A stretch of DNA of 64,000 bases from Arcobacter sp. (GTDB lineage Bacteria > Campylobacterota > Campylobacteria > Campylobacterales > Arcobacteraceae), in the NCBI GenBank assembly GCA_020048055.1, contig JAIFNA010000002.1, positions 32,023 to 96,022 on the forward strand, read 5' to 3'. The first letter of the stretch is position 1, and each line of letters begins with the position of its first letter. The position numbers were made by a program, and so were the translations under genes. A model generated the notes under the pieces. The model had not been told where the DNA came from. It saw nothing but the letters and a program-made list of their open reading frames with translations, and did not search any database. Positions 1-8,779 of this stretch are shown here, piece by piece.

Positions 1-291
1 TGAACCCAAATCTTTACTACTTTTTGCCAAAGGGTGTATATCTTTTGTTACTAAATCTACAACATTTTCCAATGCACTATTTAAAAGTTCAACAATTAAA
101 ATTAAAATTGCACTCATTAAAAGTGCAATTTGTTGGTAATTTTCAAAATTCACAATAAAAATAGCAGGGACAATAAACACACCACATAAAAGTTCTAACT
201 TAAATGAATTTTCAGTTTTAAGGGCATGTCTTAAACCATCAAGCGCATACTTAGTATTTTTAAATAGATGATATTTTGGTTTATTATTCAT
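1..291 (-). CDS. dgkA: Diacylglycerol kinase DgkA, N-terminal part; the gene runs off the window start
   Basis: Hand translation of the minus strand from ATG at 291..289 gives MNNKPKYHLFKNTKYALDGLRHAL...LMSAILILIVELLNSALENVVDLV...KDLGS. This matches the DgkA signature (E. coli ...IVEILNSAIEAVVDRIGSEY...AKDMGSA). Its start overlaps the stop of the upstream M48 peptidase gene by 8 nt. Confidence 0.7.
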   Translation of the reverse strand, partial: MNNKPKYHLFKNTKYALDGLRHALKTENSFKLELLCGVFIVPAIFIVNFENYQQIALLMSAILILIVELLNSALENVVDLVTKDIHPLAKSSKDLGS

Positions 292-1540
292 ATTTATCTT
301 CGCTTTTTAGTGCCTCATCATCTTTTAGTGACCCAATACCAGCACCATTAAATCCGAGTGCTTTTAACCTCTCTACAAGTGGTGGATGGGAGTAGTGAAA
401 AAATATATATATCGGATGGGATAATGGAAATGATTTATTTTCATTTGCTAACTTTAAAAGTGCATTTACTAAATCCTCTTTGGATTGCATATCACTTCCA
501 AACCTATCAGCCGCGTATTCATTATGTCTACTCATAGCAGAAATCAAGGGCATCAAAAAAAATGACAAAATAGGTGAAAACAACATAAATACCAAAATTA
601 TCGCGTACGGTTCATTTGAAAGTCCGAGTCCTAAAAATACCTCATCAGGGAGATTTCCAAAAATAGCAAAGAATACAAACATTACAAATCCCATAATCCC
701 TATATTTTTTAGAATATCTCCATTTTTAAAGTGTCCTAATTCATGTCCAAGTACAGCCAAAAGTTCATTGTGTGAAAGTTTTTCTATCAAAGTATCAAAC
801 AATACAACCCTTTTTGTACTCCCAAGTCCACCAAAATAAGCATTTAGACGATTATCTCTTTTGCTAGCATCAACACTAAAAACACCACTACTTTTAAATC
901 CTACTTGATTTAATAGATTGTTTATTTTTTCCTCTAATTCACTATCACTTAGTGGACTAAACTTATCAAACATCTTATCTCTAATCACAGGGTAAAGCAT
1001 ATTTATAAGGATAATAACACTAAAAATAAAAGCAAACCCAACTAACCACCAAGATGGTAGATTTTCTATGATAAGTGATAATCCAACTATAACCAAACTA
1101 CCAAAAATAAAAAATAATGCGCCACTTTTAATTGTATCTTTTAGAAAAAGCTGTTTTGTCATATTTGAAAAACCATATTTTTTATCAATTATAAAAGTGC
1201 TATAAAGTTCAAACGGTAAACCTAAAATCCAATTTATAATTATAAATCCATCAATAAACAAAACAGCCTTAGCAAATCCATCATAACCGTTTGTAAGCTC
1301 ATCTAAAGCCACAAGTCCAAAACTAATCCACATAAAGAAAAGGACAAAGTCGTAAAGAGTTGCAAGCAAAGAGAGTTTGTTTGATTCGACACTATAATCT
1401 CCAGCTACTTTAAACCTGTCACTACTTAAAATTACAGCGTCTCCCTCTTTTGCTTTTTTTACATAATCTATCTGCATAAATGTTGTGTAAAAATTTACTA
1501 AAAAATATATACAATATAAAGCTATAGCGACTTCTAACAT
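284..1540 (-). CDS. M48 family zinc metallopeptidase (Ste24/HtpX-like), polytopic membrane protein
   Basis: HELGH zinc-binding motif with a downstream NEYAADRFG-type third ligand region, multiple predicted TM helices, and 418 aa length typical of the Ste24 CAAX-protease family. Confidence 0.75.
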   Translation of the reverse strand: MLEVAIALYCIYFLVNFYTTFMQIDYVKKAKEGDAVILSSDRFKVAGDYSVESNKLSLLATLYDFVLFFMWISFGLVALDELTNGYDGFAKAVLFIDGFIIINWILGLPFELYSTFIIDKKYGFSNMTKQLFLKDTIKSGALFFIFGSLVIVGLSLIIENLPSWWLVGFAFIFSVIILINMLYPVIRDKMFDKFSPLSDSELEEKINNLLNQVGFKSSGVFSVDASKRDNRLNAYFGGLGSTKRVVLFDTLIEKLSHNELLAVLGHELGHFKNGDILKNIGIMGFVMFVFFAIFGNLPDEVFLGLGLSNEPYAIILVFMLFSPILSFFLMPLISAMSRHNEYAADRFGSDMQSKEDLVNALLKLANENKSFPLSHPIYIFFHYSHPPLVERLKALGFNGAGIGSLKDDEALKSEDKYE

Positions 1541-1561
1541 TAATCCCCTTTTAAATACAAT

Positions 1562-2050
1562 TTATTTTTTCTTATCGTTAACTTGATTTCTTTTATTTTT
1601 ATCAAGCTCTTGATAAAACTTATTGAACTCTTGAACCAACTCGGTCTTATCTGAAATATAAATAACCTCATAATTCTCTTCAAATGTCTCATCACTCCAA
1701 TTAGCACTTCCAAAAATAACAGTTTTTTTATCTATAATTGCCATCTTTACATGGAGTTTATCTTTTATCTTAATAGTTTCAACACCATCTACAAAATCAG
1801 CTTTTTTCTTATAATAAAAAACTTTTACCTTAACTCCCCTTTGTGATGCTTCATCAAGAAGCCTATTAAATCTCTGATAACTAAGATTGTACATAGCTAT
1901 GTCAATACTCTCTTTTGCATTTTTGAGCTGATTTTCTATCTCTTTAACCGCATCTTTTTTATTATTTGGAAGAAAAAATAGTTTATCTGCTCCAACTAAA
2001 CCACTGACCAACAATACAGCAACAATAAAAATCTTAATCATGTGTGACAC
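1562..2050 (-). CDS. Secreted phospholipase D-superfamily nuclease (Nuc-like, single HKD motif)
   Basis: N-terminal signal peptide (MSHMIKIFIVAVLLVSGLVGA) and an HxK(x)4D motif followed by GSxN (HVKMAIIDKKTVIFGSANWS), as in small PLD-family endonucleases such as Salmonella Nuc. The start overlaps the upstream gene. Confidence 0.6.
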   Translation of the reverse strand: MSHMIKIFIVAVLLVSGLVGADKLFFLPNNKKDAVKEIENQLKNAKESIDIAMYNLSYQRFNRLLDEASQRGVKVKVFYYKKKADFVDGVETIKIKDKLHVKMAIIDKKTVIFGSANWSDETFEENYEVIYISDKTELVQEFNKFYQELDKNKRNQVNDKKK

Positions 2051-2748
2051 TCCAATAATGTTTTATTTGGATTGGTTATATAGCCATATCCATTGTATAA
2101 AGTGTAGATACCATATATAACTACACTCAGTGCTGCTAGTTTTATCATAATATTTCTAAAATTTGATTTATTAAATAAACCAACAAAAAAACCTAATGAA
2201 AAAAGTGCTGGGATAGTGCTAAGCCCAAAGATAAACATAACTAATGCACCACTTAAAGTATCCCCTGTACTAGCAGCAGTTATGGCAAAAAAATATACAA
2301 ACCCACAAGGTAAAAGTCCATTTAAAAGTCCCAACAGATAAAAACTAACTAAAGTTTGGCTCCCTAAAAGTAACTTAAAATTTCTTTGATACCAAGTTGT
2401 TTTTGATACAGAGTGCTCAATAAAAGTTAAAAATTTTATTTTTCCAAGTAAAGAAAATCCAGTTAAAACCATAAATAAACCAGCTACAAATAAAAGTGTG
2501 CCATTTGCCATATTTGAAAATGAAGCAACCGAACCAAGTGTCCCAAAAATTGCCCCAAGCAATACATATGTTGTAACCCTTCCAAATGAGTACAAAATAT
2601 GAGCTACACTCTCTTTTGTTTTTGAAAAGTTATCTCTGATTTTTGTACTGCTATAAGCTATAACAATCCCGCCACACATACCTACACAGTGTCCAAATGA
2701 ACCCAAAAATGCAATGGTGACAATTGAGATAATATCTATCGTTTCCAC
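2038..2748 (-). CDS. Integral membrane protein of the DsbD_2/UreH-like family with conserved HCxxMCGG motif (putative metal or thiol transporter)
   Basis: About 6 TM helices and an N-terminal GSFGHCVGMCGGI motif that I recall as the signature of the PF13386-type family. It is translationally coupled on both sides (overlaps at 2748 and 2038-2050). Confidence 0.4.
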   Translation of the reverse strand: METIDIISIVTIAFLGSFGHCVGMCGGIVIAYSSTKIRDNFSKTKESVAHILYSFGRVTTYVLLGAIFGTLGSVASFSNMANGTLLFVAGLFMVLTGFSLLGKIKFLTFIEHSVSKTTWYQRNFKLLLGSQTLVSFYLLGLLNGLLPCGFVYFFAITAASTGDTLSGALVMFIFGLSTIPALFSLGFFVGLFNKSNFRNIMIKLAALSVVIYGIYTLYNGYGYITNPNKTLLECHT

Positions 2749-3275
2749 TATTTTTCACCTCTTAAAAGGGCTGATTTTATTTGTGGATTTTGAAGATGTT
2801 CTCCTCGTGCCATATGTAAAAACATCTCATCAAAACTTATAAAATTATCTTGTTTGTACTCATAAGCTCCAAACCCATATCCCATAGGTGTTGTATCTGT
2901 TCGGCTGTACCAAGCTTTTTTCCCATCTATATATTGTTTACTATCTAAGCTCATCACAAAAATAGTAACTTCATCTTTAAATGATTTAGTTTTTAACCAA
3001 TTTGCCATGCCACCGTGATCGTGAAAAAACCAAGTTTTACCATCATTTGAAACAACTTGTGAAACAAAATTCAAATCATTTATCGCCATTCCGCAATCAC
3101 TATCTTGATATTTTCCAACTTCAACTTTATATGGAATTTTTCCAATATTTCCATTTTCGACAACAACTAGATTTTGATTTTTTGCCATCACAATAAACAA
3201 AACAACGATAAATAAAATCAAACCTATTATAAAAATAAATTGTTTATATATTTTTGTTTCTATTTTGTTTTCCAC
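2748..3275 (-). CDS. Membrane-anchored NosL-like (copper-chaperone-like) domain protein
   Basis: N-terminal TM helix, then DSDCGMAINDLNFVSQVVSNDGKTWFFHDHGGM. This matches the NosL pattern CGMxIxDxxFxxQ....G....FDDxGxM. Confidence 0.4.
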   Translation of the reverse strand: MENKIETKIYKQFIFIIGLILFIVVLFIVMAKNQNLVVVENGNIGKIPYKVEVGKYQDSDCGMAINDLNFVSQVVSNDGKTWFFHDHGGMANWLKTKSFKDEVTIFVMSLDSKQYIDGKKAWYSRTDTTPMGYGFGAYEYKQDNFISFDEMFLHMARGEHLQNPQIKSALLRGEK

Positions 3276-4564
3276 TAATTATTACTCAATTCATATTTAT
3301 TTAGTTGATTTTCACGGTGTTCAATAACAACCTTGAGATCTAAAATAATTTTTGCTTGAGATTTTACTTGTTCACTTAATCTGTAAATCTCATGTGTTTG
3401 TTTTTCAAAATCTATATCAGATTGAGTTGTTTTTTCATTGAGAAGGGCAGTTTGAATTTTTAGAGATTTATTCTCCTCAAAAAGATTAAAATAGTGTTCT
3501 TTTGCTGCTTTTTGAATATCTAATTTCTCTTTTTGAAGATTTTTGATTATCTCTTCATAATAATCAGTTTGTTTTAGAAGTTTTTTATTTTGTGATGTTG
3601 CTTTTGATGAGCTATCTTCTAATAACCCAATATAATCTTCATTATATAGTTTATTTTCTAAACCAACTATTTGTCTTTTTAGCTCCATCTCTATTTTTTT
3701 TTGTTCAAGTGTAATTTGTCTGATATAAGCTTTGTATCTCATTTTTTCATTTTCTTCATTTGTAGTTAAAAATTGGATTGCCATATAGCCAGTTATTTCA
3801 CTATCAAAATCATCATAAATCGGTAAAATATTTGCAGATACAAAATAAACATCGCCATCTTTTGTTTTATTTTTTAGTTTACCGCTCCATTTTTGACCAC
3901 TTCTGATAGTCTCCCACATCTCTTTATAAAGATCATTTGTTGTGTCACTATGTTTGATAATATTGTGATTTTTCCCAATAAGTTCATCTTGCGAGTAACC
4001 AGTAATTTCGCAAAACATATCATTTACAAAAGTTAAGTCACCAAACAAGTCTGTTTTTGAAACAATTGCTACTTGATTTATTACATTTAAATAACTTTGT
4101 GCTTCTTTTTGATTATGCTTAGCTAGTGTCATTTGATATTGAATATAGCATGATTCTTGAACTTTTAAAATTATCTCTTTAACATTAACAGGCTTATTGG
4201 CATAATGGTAGACACCTAATTCTATTGCGCCCAATAAAAATTCTTTCTCTTGATGAGCTGTTGTAAAGATAAATGGTATCTCATTCTTTATCTCTCTGAC
4301 TCCCTTTAAAAACTCCATTCCACTAAGGTGTGGCATATTTATATCGCTTATTACAACATCTATAGTTTGATAATTTCTTTTAAAATATTCTAGTCCTTGT
4401 CTACCATCTTCTGCTAGGTAAACTTTTTTAAATATTTTTAAAAGAATTGAATTTAAAGTATTTCTGGCATGTTCGTCATCTTCAGCATAAAGAACTGTTA
4501 AAGTTTTTAAAAAGTTTGGATCAAATTTCAAGGAAGTTCCTATTTTATGAGATTTAAGGGGCAA
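3275..4564 (-). CDS. Response regulator receiver domain plus PAS domain protein with C-terminal coiled coil (no recognisable DNA-binding output)
   Basis: N-terminal REC features (LTVLYAEDDEHARNTL..., ISDINMPHLSGMEF, phospho-acceptor Asp context), a central PAS-like segment (FCEITGYSQDELIGKNHN), and a long heptad-rich C-terminus. Confidence 0.6.
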   Translation of the reverse strand: MPLKSHKIGTSLKFDPNFLKTLTVLYAEDDEHARNTLNSILLKIFKKVYLAEDGRQGLEYFKRNYQTIDVVISDINMPHLSGMEFLKGVREIKNEIPFIFTTAHQEKEFLLGAIELGVYHYANKPVNVKEIILKVQESCYIQYQMTLAKHNQKEAQSYLNVINQVAIVSKTDLFGDLTFVNDMFCEITGYSQDELIGKNHNIIKHSDTTNDLYKEMWETIRSGQKWSGKLKNKTKDGDVYFVSANILPIYDDFDSEITGYMAIQFLTTNEENEKMRYKAYIRQITLEQKKIEMELKRQIVGLENKLYNEDYIGLLEDSSSKATSQNKKLLKQTDYYEEIIKNLQKEKLDIQKAAKEHYFNLFEENKSLKIQTALLNEKTTQSDIDFEKQTHEIYRLSEQVKSQAKIILDLKVVIEHRENQLNKYELSNN

Positions 4565-4615
4565 TTATACATGAAATTTGATTAATTTTTTGCAACATTT
4601 AGTTATAATCACGCC

Positions 4616-5227
4616 ATGTCAAATCTAAATCTATTTATCATCATATTATTATTTATTATATTGGGTGTGTTTTATTATTTAAGAAAAAAGTTATTTCCAT
4701 TTTATTTTAGAAATGAAATTTTAAGAGAGTTTTACGCAAATGTACAAAAAAGGCTCCTTGAGCTTTATCCATTTATCAAATTTGAACTATCGTACATAAA
4801 AACATTAGATAAGAATTTAACACTTGACGCTAAAAAGTATCTCATTTTAGACGATGTTGTTTTACAATATATTAATTATCCATTCAAACCAAAACATCCA
4901 AAGTTTACCCCTCCATCTTCTCTATGGAGTAGTTATACATTTAATTCAAAAGTTCATAACAAAAAACTCCCAGATGATTGGCTTTTACGAAAAGGAACTA
5001 TCTTTGAAAGAGACAACAAACAATGCCAAAGATGTGGCAAATCTATAAAAATCAACGATTCAGATTTGCTATTCTTGAAAGCGATTCAAAAAGGTGGGGA
5101 TTATTACTTGGAAAATATGATTTTGGTTTGTCTTGATTGCAACAAAATTGAGCAACACAAAAAAGATGAAACAATTAACATAAAATATCTAAATATCAAA
5201 AGTGACTTATACGGTATCGTAAAGTAA
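4616..5227 (+). CDS. Small membrane-anchored protein with degenerate HNH-like zinc-ribbon motif
   Basis: N-terminal TM helix. C-terminal CQRCGKS...DLLFLKAIQKGGDYYLENMILVCLDCN follows the HNH scaffold (CxxC...H..H..GG..NL..LCxxCN) but lacks the catalytic His residues. Confidence 0.35.
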   Translation: MSNLNLFIIILLFIILGVFYYLRKKLFPFYFRNEILREFYANVQKRLLELYPFIKFELSYIKTLDKNLTLDAKKYLILDDVVLQYINYPFKPKHPKFTPPSSLWSSYTFNSKVHNKKLPDDWLLRKGTIFERDNKQCQRCGKSIKINDSDLLFLKAIQKGGDYYLENMILVCLDCNKIEQHKKDETINIKYLNIKSDLYGIVK

Positions 5228-5286
5228 CTTTTGCTACAATTCGCGTTTCTTAAAAACAATAAAATCTCACAAAAAAGGCTTAAATT

Positions 5287-6138
5287 ATGACTCTTCTTGA
5301 TGGCAAATCATTAGCAGAAAAAATTAGAAACAATGTAAAACTTGATGTTGAGGAACTTCAAAAACAACATATAACACCTGGACTTGCAGTTGTTTTGGTT
5401 GGAAATGATGCTGCAAGTGCAGCTTATGTAAATATGAAAAGTAAAGCCTGTAAAGAAGCTGGAATTTATAGCGTAGTTCATGAGATGCCTGAAACAATCT
5501 CGCAAGAAAATATCCTTGATATTATAGCTATGATGAACAGAAATCCAAATATCCATGGTATTTTAGTTCAACTTCCCTTGCCAAACCATATCGATACAAC
5601 TGCAATACTTGAAGCTATTGATCCAACCAAAGATGTTGATGGTTTTCACCCTTACAATGTGGGGAGAGTTGTATCTGGACTTGATGGATATATCCCTGCT
5701 ACACCTTATGGGGTTATGAAACTTTTAGAGGAATACAATATTGATCCAAAAGGGCTAAATGCTTGTATTGTTGGAGCTTCAAATATTGTTGGTAAGCCTA
5801 TGGCTACACTTCTACTAAATGCAAATGCAACGGTTGATATTTGCCATATTTATACAAAAGATTTAAAATCTCACACACTAAATGCTGATATTATTTGTGT
5901 TGGTGTTGGTGTTCCAAACCTTATAAAAGAGGATATGGTAAAAGAAGGTGCGATTATTATTGATATTGGTATAAACAGAACAGAAAGTGGAAAACTTGTT
6001 GGTGATGTGGATTATGAAAATGTTTGTCAAAAAACATCATTTATAACACCAGTTCCAGGTGGAGTTGGTCCTATGACAATTGCAATGTTACTTGTCAATA
6101 CAATTAAATCAGCAAAAAATAAAATAACAAAGGCTTAA
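5287..6138 (+). CDS. folD: Bifunctional methylenetetrahydrofolate dehydrogenase/cyclohydrolase
   Basis: Full-length FolD-like sequence (LAVVLVGNDAASAAYV, ILVQLPLP, VVGRSNIVGKP-type motif GASNIVGKPMA). Confidence 0.9.
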   Translation: MTLLDGKSLAEKIRNNVKLDVEELQKQHITPGLAVVLVGNDAASAAYVNMKSKACKEAGIYSVVHEMPETISQENILDIIAMMNRNPNIHGILVQLPLPNHIDTTAILEAIDPTKDVDGFHPYNVGRVVSGLDGYIPATPYGVMKLLEEYNIDPKGLNACIVGASNIVGKPMATLLLNANATVDICHIYTKDLKSHTLNADIICVGVGVPNLIKEDMVKEGAIIIDIGINRTESGKLVGDVDYENVCQKTSFITPVPGGVGPMTIAMLLVNTIKSAKNKITKA

Positions 6139-6142
6139 ATGT

Positions 6143-6943
6143 ATGAAAAATATTTTTTTAAAATTACAAAAAATTTATGATTGGAGCGGAAGCTGGACTG
6201 GGACAATTGTTATTGTTTTAAGTATCATATTTTTTGTAGCACAAGCTTTTGTTATACCAAGTGGAAGTATGAAAAACTCACTTTTAATAGGTGATATGTT
6301 GTTTGTGAAAAAATTTAGCTATGGTATCCCTACACCTACAATTCCATGGCTTGAAGTGAAAGTTTTACCAGATTTCAATGGCAACGGACATCTTATAGAG
6401 GGTGATAAACCACAAAGAGGTGATATTGTTGTTTTTAGATACCCACACGATGATGCAATTCACTATGTAAAAAGATGTGTTGCAACAGGTGGCGATATAC
6501 TTTTTCTAAAAGATAAAGATTTATATATCCACCCAAAAGATGGGAATAGCTATGCAAAAGAGAGGTTCAAAGGATATGAATATCTTGAACTTGATGGAAA
6601 ACTTTTTGTAAAAAATCCTTATGAAAAAGAACATGATGGAATTCATCATGATGAAACCATCACAAGGGAAACCTCACAACACATACAGTTGTTTGATTTT
6701 GCTCCAATTATTGTTCCAGATGGAGAATTTTTTATGATGGGGGACAACAGAGACCACTCAAACGATAGTAGATTTTGGGGAACGGTTCCTTATAAATACA
6801 TAGTTGGAACACCATGGTTTATATATTTTAGCTGGGATGAAAATAAAAAAATCAGATGGGATAGAGTTTTTCAAACTCCTGCATCTTTAGAGAATACACA
6901 CTATACAAAAGATAAAGCAAATCAAACAGAAGGGATATATTAA
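6143..6943 (+). CDS. lepB: Signal peptidase I
   Basis: N-terminal TM anchor, SGSMKNSLLIGD (catalytic Ser box), KRCVATGGD (Lys box), and GDNRDHSNDSRFWG box E. Confidence 0.85.
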   Translation: MKNIFLKLQKIYDWSGSWTGTIVIVLSIIFFVAQAFVIPSGSMKNSLLIGDMLFVKKFSYGIPTPTIPWLEVKVLPDFNGNGHLIEGDKPQRGDIVVFRYPHDDAIHYVKRCVATGGDILFLKDKDLYIHPKDGNSYAKERFKGYEYLELDGKLFVKNPYEKEHDGIHHDETITRETSQHIQLFDFAPIIVPDGEFFMMGDNRDHSNDSRFWGTVPYKYIVGTPWFIYFSWDENKKIRWDRVFQTPASLENTHYTKDKANQTEGIY

Positions 6944-7398
6944 TGAAATATTATATTGGAGCAGATCATGCTGGAATTGAAATGAAAAAATTCATAAAAG
7001 AGCTATTTGAAGCAAAAGGACATATTGTTGAGGACATAGGACCATTTGATACACAAAGGGTTGATTATCCAGATTTTGCACAAAAAGTTTGTGAAGCAGT
7101 TTTAAATGATAAAAGAAGTAAAGGGATTTTAATTTGTGGAAGTGGTATTGGAATGTCAATGGCTGCAAATAAATTTGAAGGGATTAGAGCTGCTCTTTGC
7201 CACAATGAATATAGTGCAAAAATGGCACGAGAACACAATGATGCCAATGTGCTGTGTTTGGGTGAAAGAGTTAGTGGATACGGAATGGTTGAAGCTATCG
7301 TGGACGCTTGGGACAAAAGCTCATTTAGTGGCGGAAGACACGAAGGGAGAGTTGAGAAAATCAATGCGTTAGCTAAAATGGGAAGTTGTAGAGTATAG
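6943..7398 (+). CDS. rpiB: Ribose-5-phosphate isomerase B
   Basis: RpiB/LacAB family motifs (ILICGSGIGMSMAANK, RAALCHNEYSAKMAREHNDANVLCLGERV). Confidence 0.85.
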   Translation: MKYYIGADHAGIEMKKFIKELFEAKGHIVEDIGPFDTQRVDYPDFAQKVCEAVLNDKRSKGILICGSGIGMSMAANKFEGIRAALCHNEYSAKMAREHNDANVLCLGERVSGYGMVEAIVDAWDKSSFSGGRHEGRVEKINALAKMGSCRV

Positions 7399-7422
7399 AT
7401 TTTCTTAGACTAAGGAGATAAA

Positions 7423-7542
7423 ATGGTAAGAGGGACACCGCCTAGTGATTGGGTAGCGTATATTGTTGTTGGATTAACAGTAGCAGGAATGCTATTAGGA
7501 AAATACCTAATGTTTAAAAATGACAAAGGGAATAAAAAATGA
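7423..7542 (+). CDS. 39-aa single-pass membrane micro-protein (not in the ORF track), translationally coupled to the downstream HD-domain gene
   Basis: Hand translation gives MVRGTPPSDWVAYIVVGLTVAGMLLGKYLMFKNDKGNKK*. A strong SD (TAAGGAGATAAA) sits 6 nt upstream of the ATG. Its stop TGA overlaps the ATG of the next gene (ATGA at 7539-7542). Confidence 0.45.
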   Translation: MVRGTPPSDWVAYIVVGLTVAGMLLGKYLMFKNDKGNKK

Positions 7543-8765
7543 TAAATCCAAAAATAATTGAAAGTATTTTTAGTGCTGCTTCAATCCAAAGATGGAACGA
7601 TTACCCTAGAATGGTTGATTTGGTTGAGCTTGACAAACAAGCTCACAAATTTATCATTGCTTATTTTATAGCCAAACTTGAAGATGATGTAAATTATACG
7701 CATCTTATTGAAGCTGGAATTTTTGAGTTTTTAAGAAGAGTTGTTGTAACTGATATACGACCTGATGTTTTTAGAAAAGCACTCAAGCAAAAAGGGAAAG
7801 AGATAAATAAATGGGTGATTGGTAAATTATCACCTAGTTTAAAAGAGATTGATAATGGGGCATTTTTAGCAAAATTTGAAAGATTTTTAGAAGATGAAAC
7901 ACTGTATAAAAAAGAGAGATTTATCCTAAAAGCCTCTTCATATCTATCTACTAAATGGGAATTTGGGATAGTTTATCAAACTAGTCAATTCTTAAATGGA
8001 ATTGATGAGCTTAAAAAAGCAGTTGATGAGGAGATTGAAGACTACTATGAACTTATTGGTGTTAGAAAAATAGCACTTAATAAAAAATTAGCAAAAGTTA
8101 TAGACCTTAGTGGACGACTTAGATTTCAAAAAAGATGGGCACAAACTCCAAGAATTCCTGAAACTTCAGTTTTAGGACATATGCTGACCGTTGCTATTTT
8201 TTCCTACTTTTACTCTATAAAAGTAAATGCTTGTGAAAAAAGATTGGAAAATAATTTCTTTACTGCTCTATTTCATGACCTCCCTGAAGCGCTAACACGA
8301 GATATTATTAGCCCAGTAAAATACTGCGTTGATGAGCTTAGTGAACTTATTGCAGAATTTGAAATCACAAAAATAGAAGAGGATATTTTGCCAAATATAC
8401 CGCAAAACATACAAGAGGAGTTTAAATATATTTTAGGGCTCTACAATGGTAAAAAAGATGAATTTTTAAATAAAATCATCTTAGATGGTGAGATTACAAA
8501 AGTTGAAAATCTAGCTCTTTACAACGAAAATCACTACGAAGCAATAGATGGACTTGCCCTTAAACAATGTGATAAGCTCTCTGCATTTGTAGAGGCTAGC
8601 CTTTCTATATCTCATGGAATAACATCAAAAGAGTTAGTTAATGGTAAAAAACAAATCCTAGCTAGTTTACAAAATATTGATGGGGTTGATTTTAAAGAAA
8701 TCGCAGAAGAGATTGACGAAGAGTTTGGTACTTCTGGTCAACGCCAAATGAAAATGGAATTTTAA
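7539..8765 (+). CDS. HD-domain phosphohydrolase, YfbR-like 5'-deoxynucleotidase family, with a degenerate duplicated N-terminal HD-like domain
   Basis: Residues about 190-290, RWAQTPRIPETSVLGHMLTVAIF...FHDLPEALTRDIISPVKY, match YfbR ([22 protein letters not shown]...YHDASEVLTGDLPTPVKY). Residues 18-45, RWNDYPRMVDLVELDKQAHKFIIAYFIA, repeat the same opening but lack the H...HD metal ligands. Confidence 0.55.
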   Translation: MINPKIIESIFSAASIQRWNDYPRMVDLVELDKQAHKFIIAYFIAKLEDDVNYTHLIEAGIFEFLRRVVVTDIRPDVFRKALKQKGKEINKWVIGKLSPSLKEIDNGAFLAKFERFLEDETLYKKERFILKASSYLSTKWEFGIVYQTSQFLNGIDELKKAVDEEIEDYYELIGVRKIALNKKLAKVIDLSGRLRFQKRWAQTPRIPETSVLGHMLTVAIFSYFYSIKVNACEKRLENNFFTALFHDLPEALTRDIISPVKYCVDELSELIAEFEITKIEEDILPNIPQNIQEEFKYILGLYNGKKDEFLNKIILDGEITKVENLALYNENHYEAIDGLALKQCDKLSAFVEASLSISHGITSKELVNGKKQILASLQNIDGVDFKEIAEEIDEEFGTSGQRQMKMEF

Positions 8766-8779
8766 AGGATTTTAATCCT
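8766..8779. terminator. Short hairpin between convergent HD-domain gene and pyrC
   Basis: AGGATT-tt-AATCCT inverted repeat starting one base after the HD gene stop (8763-8765) and just upstream of the pyrC stop (8772). Confidence 0.3.

Noticed and set aside
480-839. 119-aa plus-strand ORF from the six-frame track
   Set aside because: It lies entirely inside, and antisense to, the well-supported M48 peptidase gene. It has a low-complexity Ser/Pro/Lys-rich translation typical of antisense frames in AT-rich DNA.
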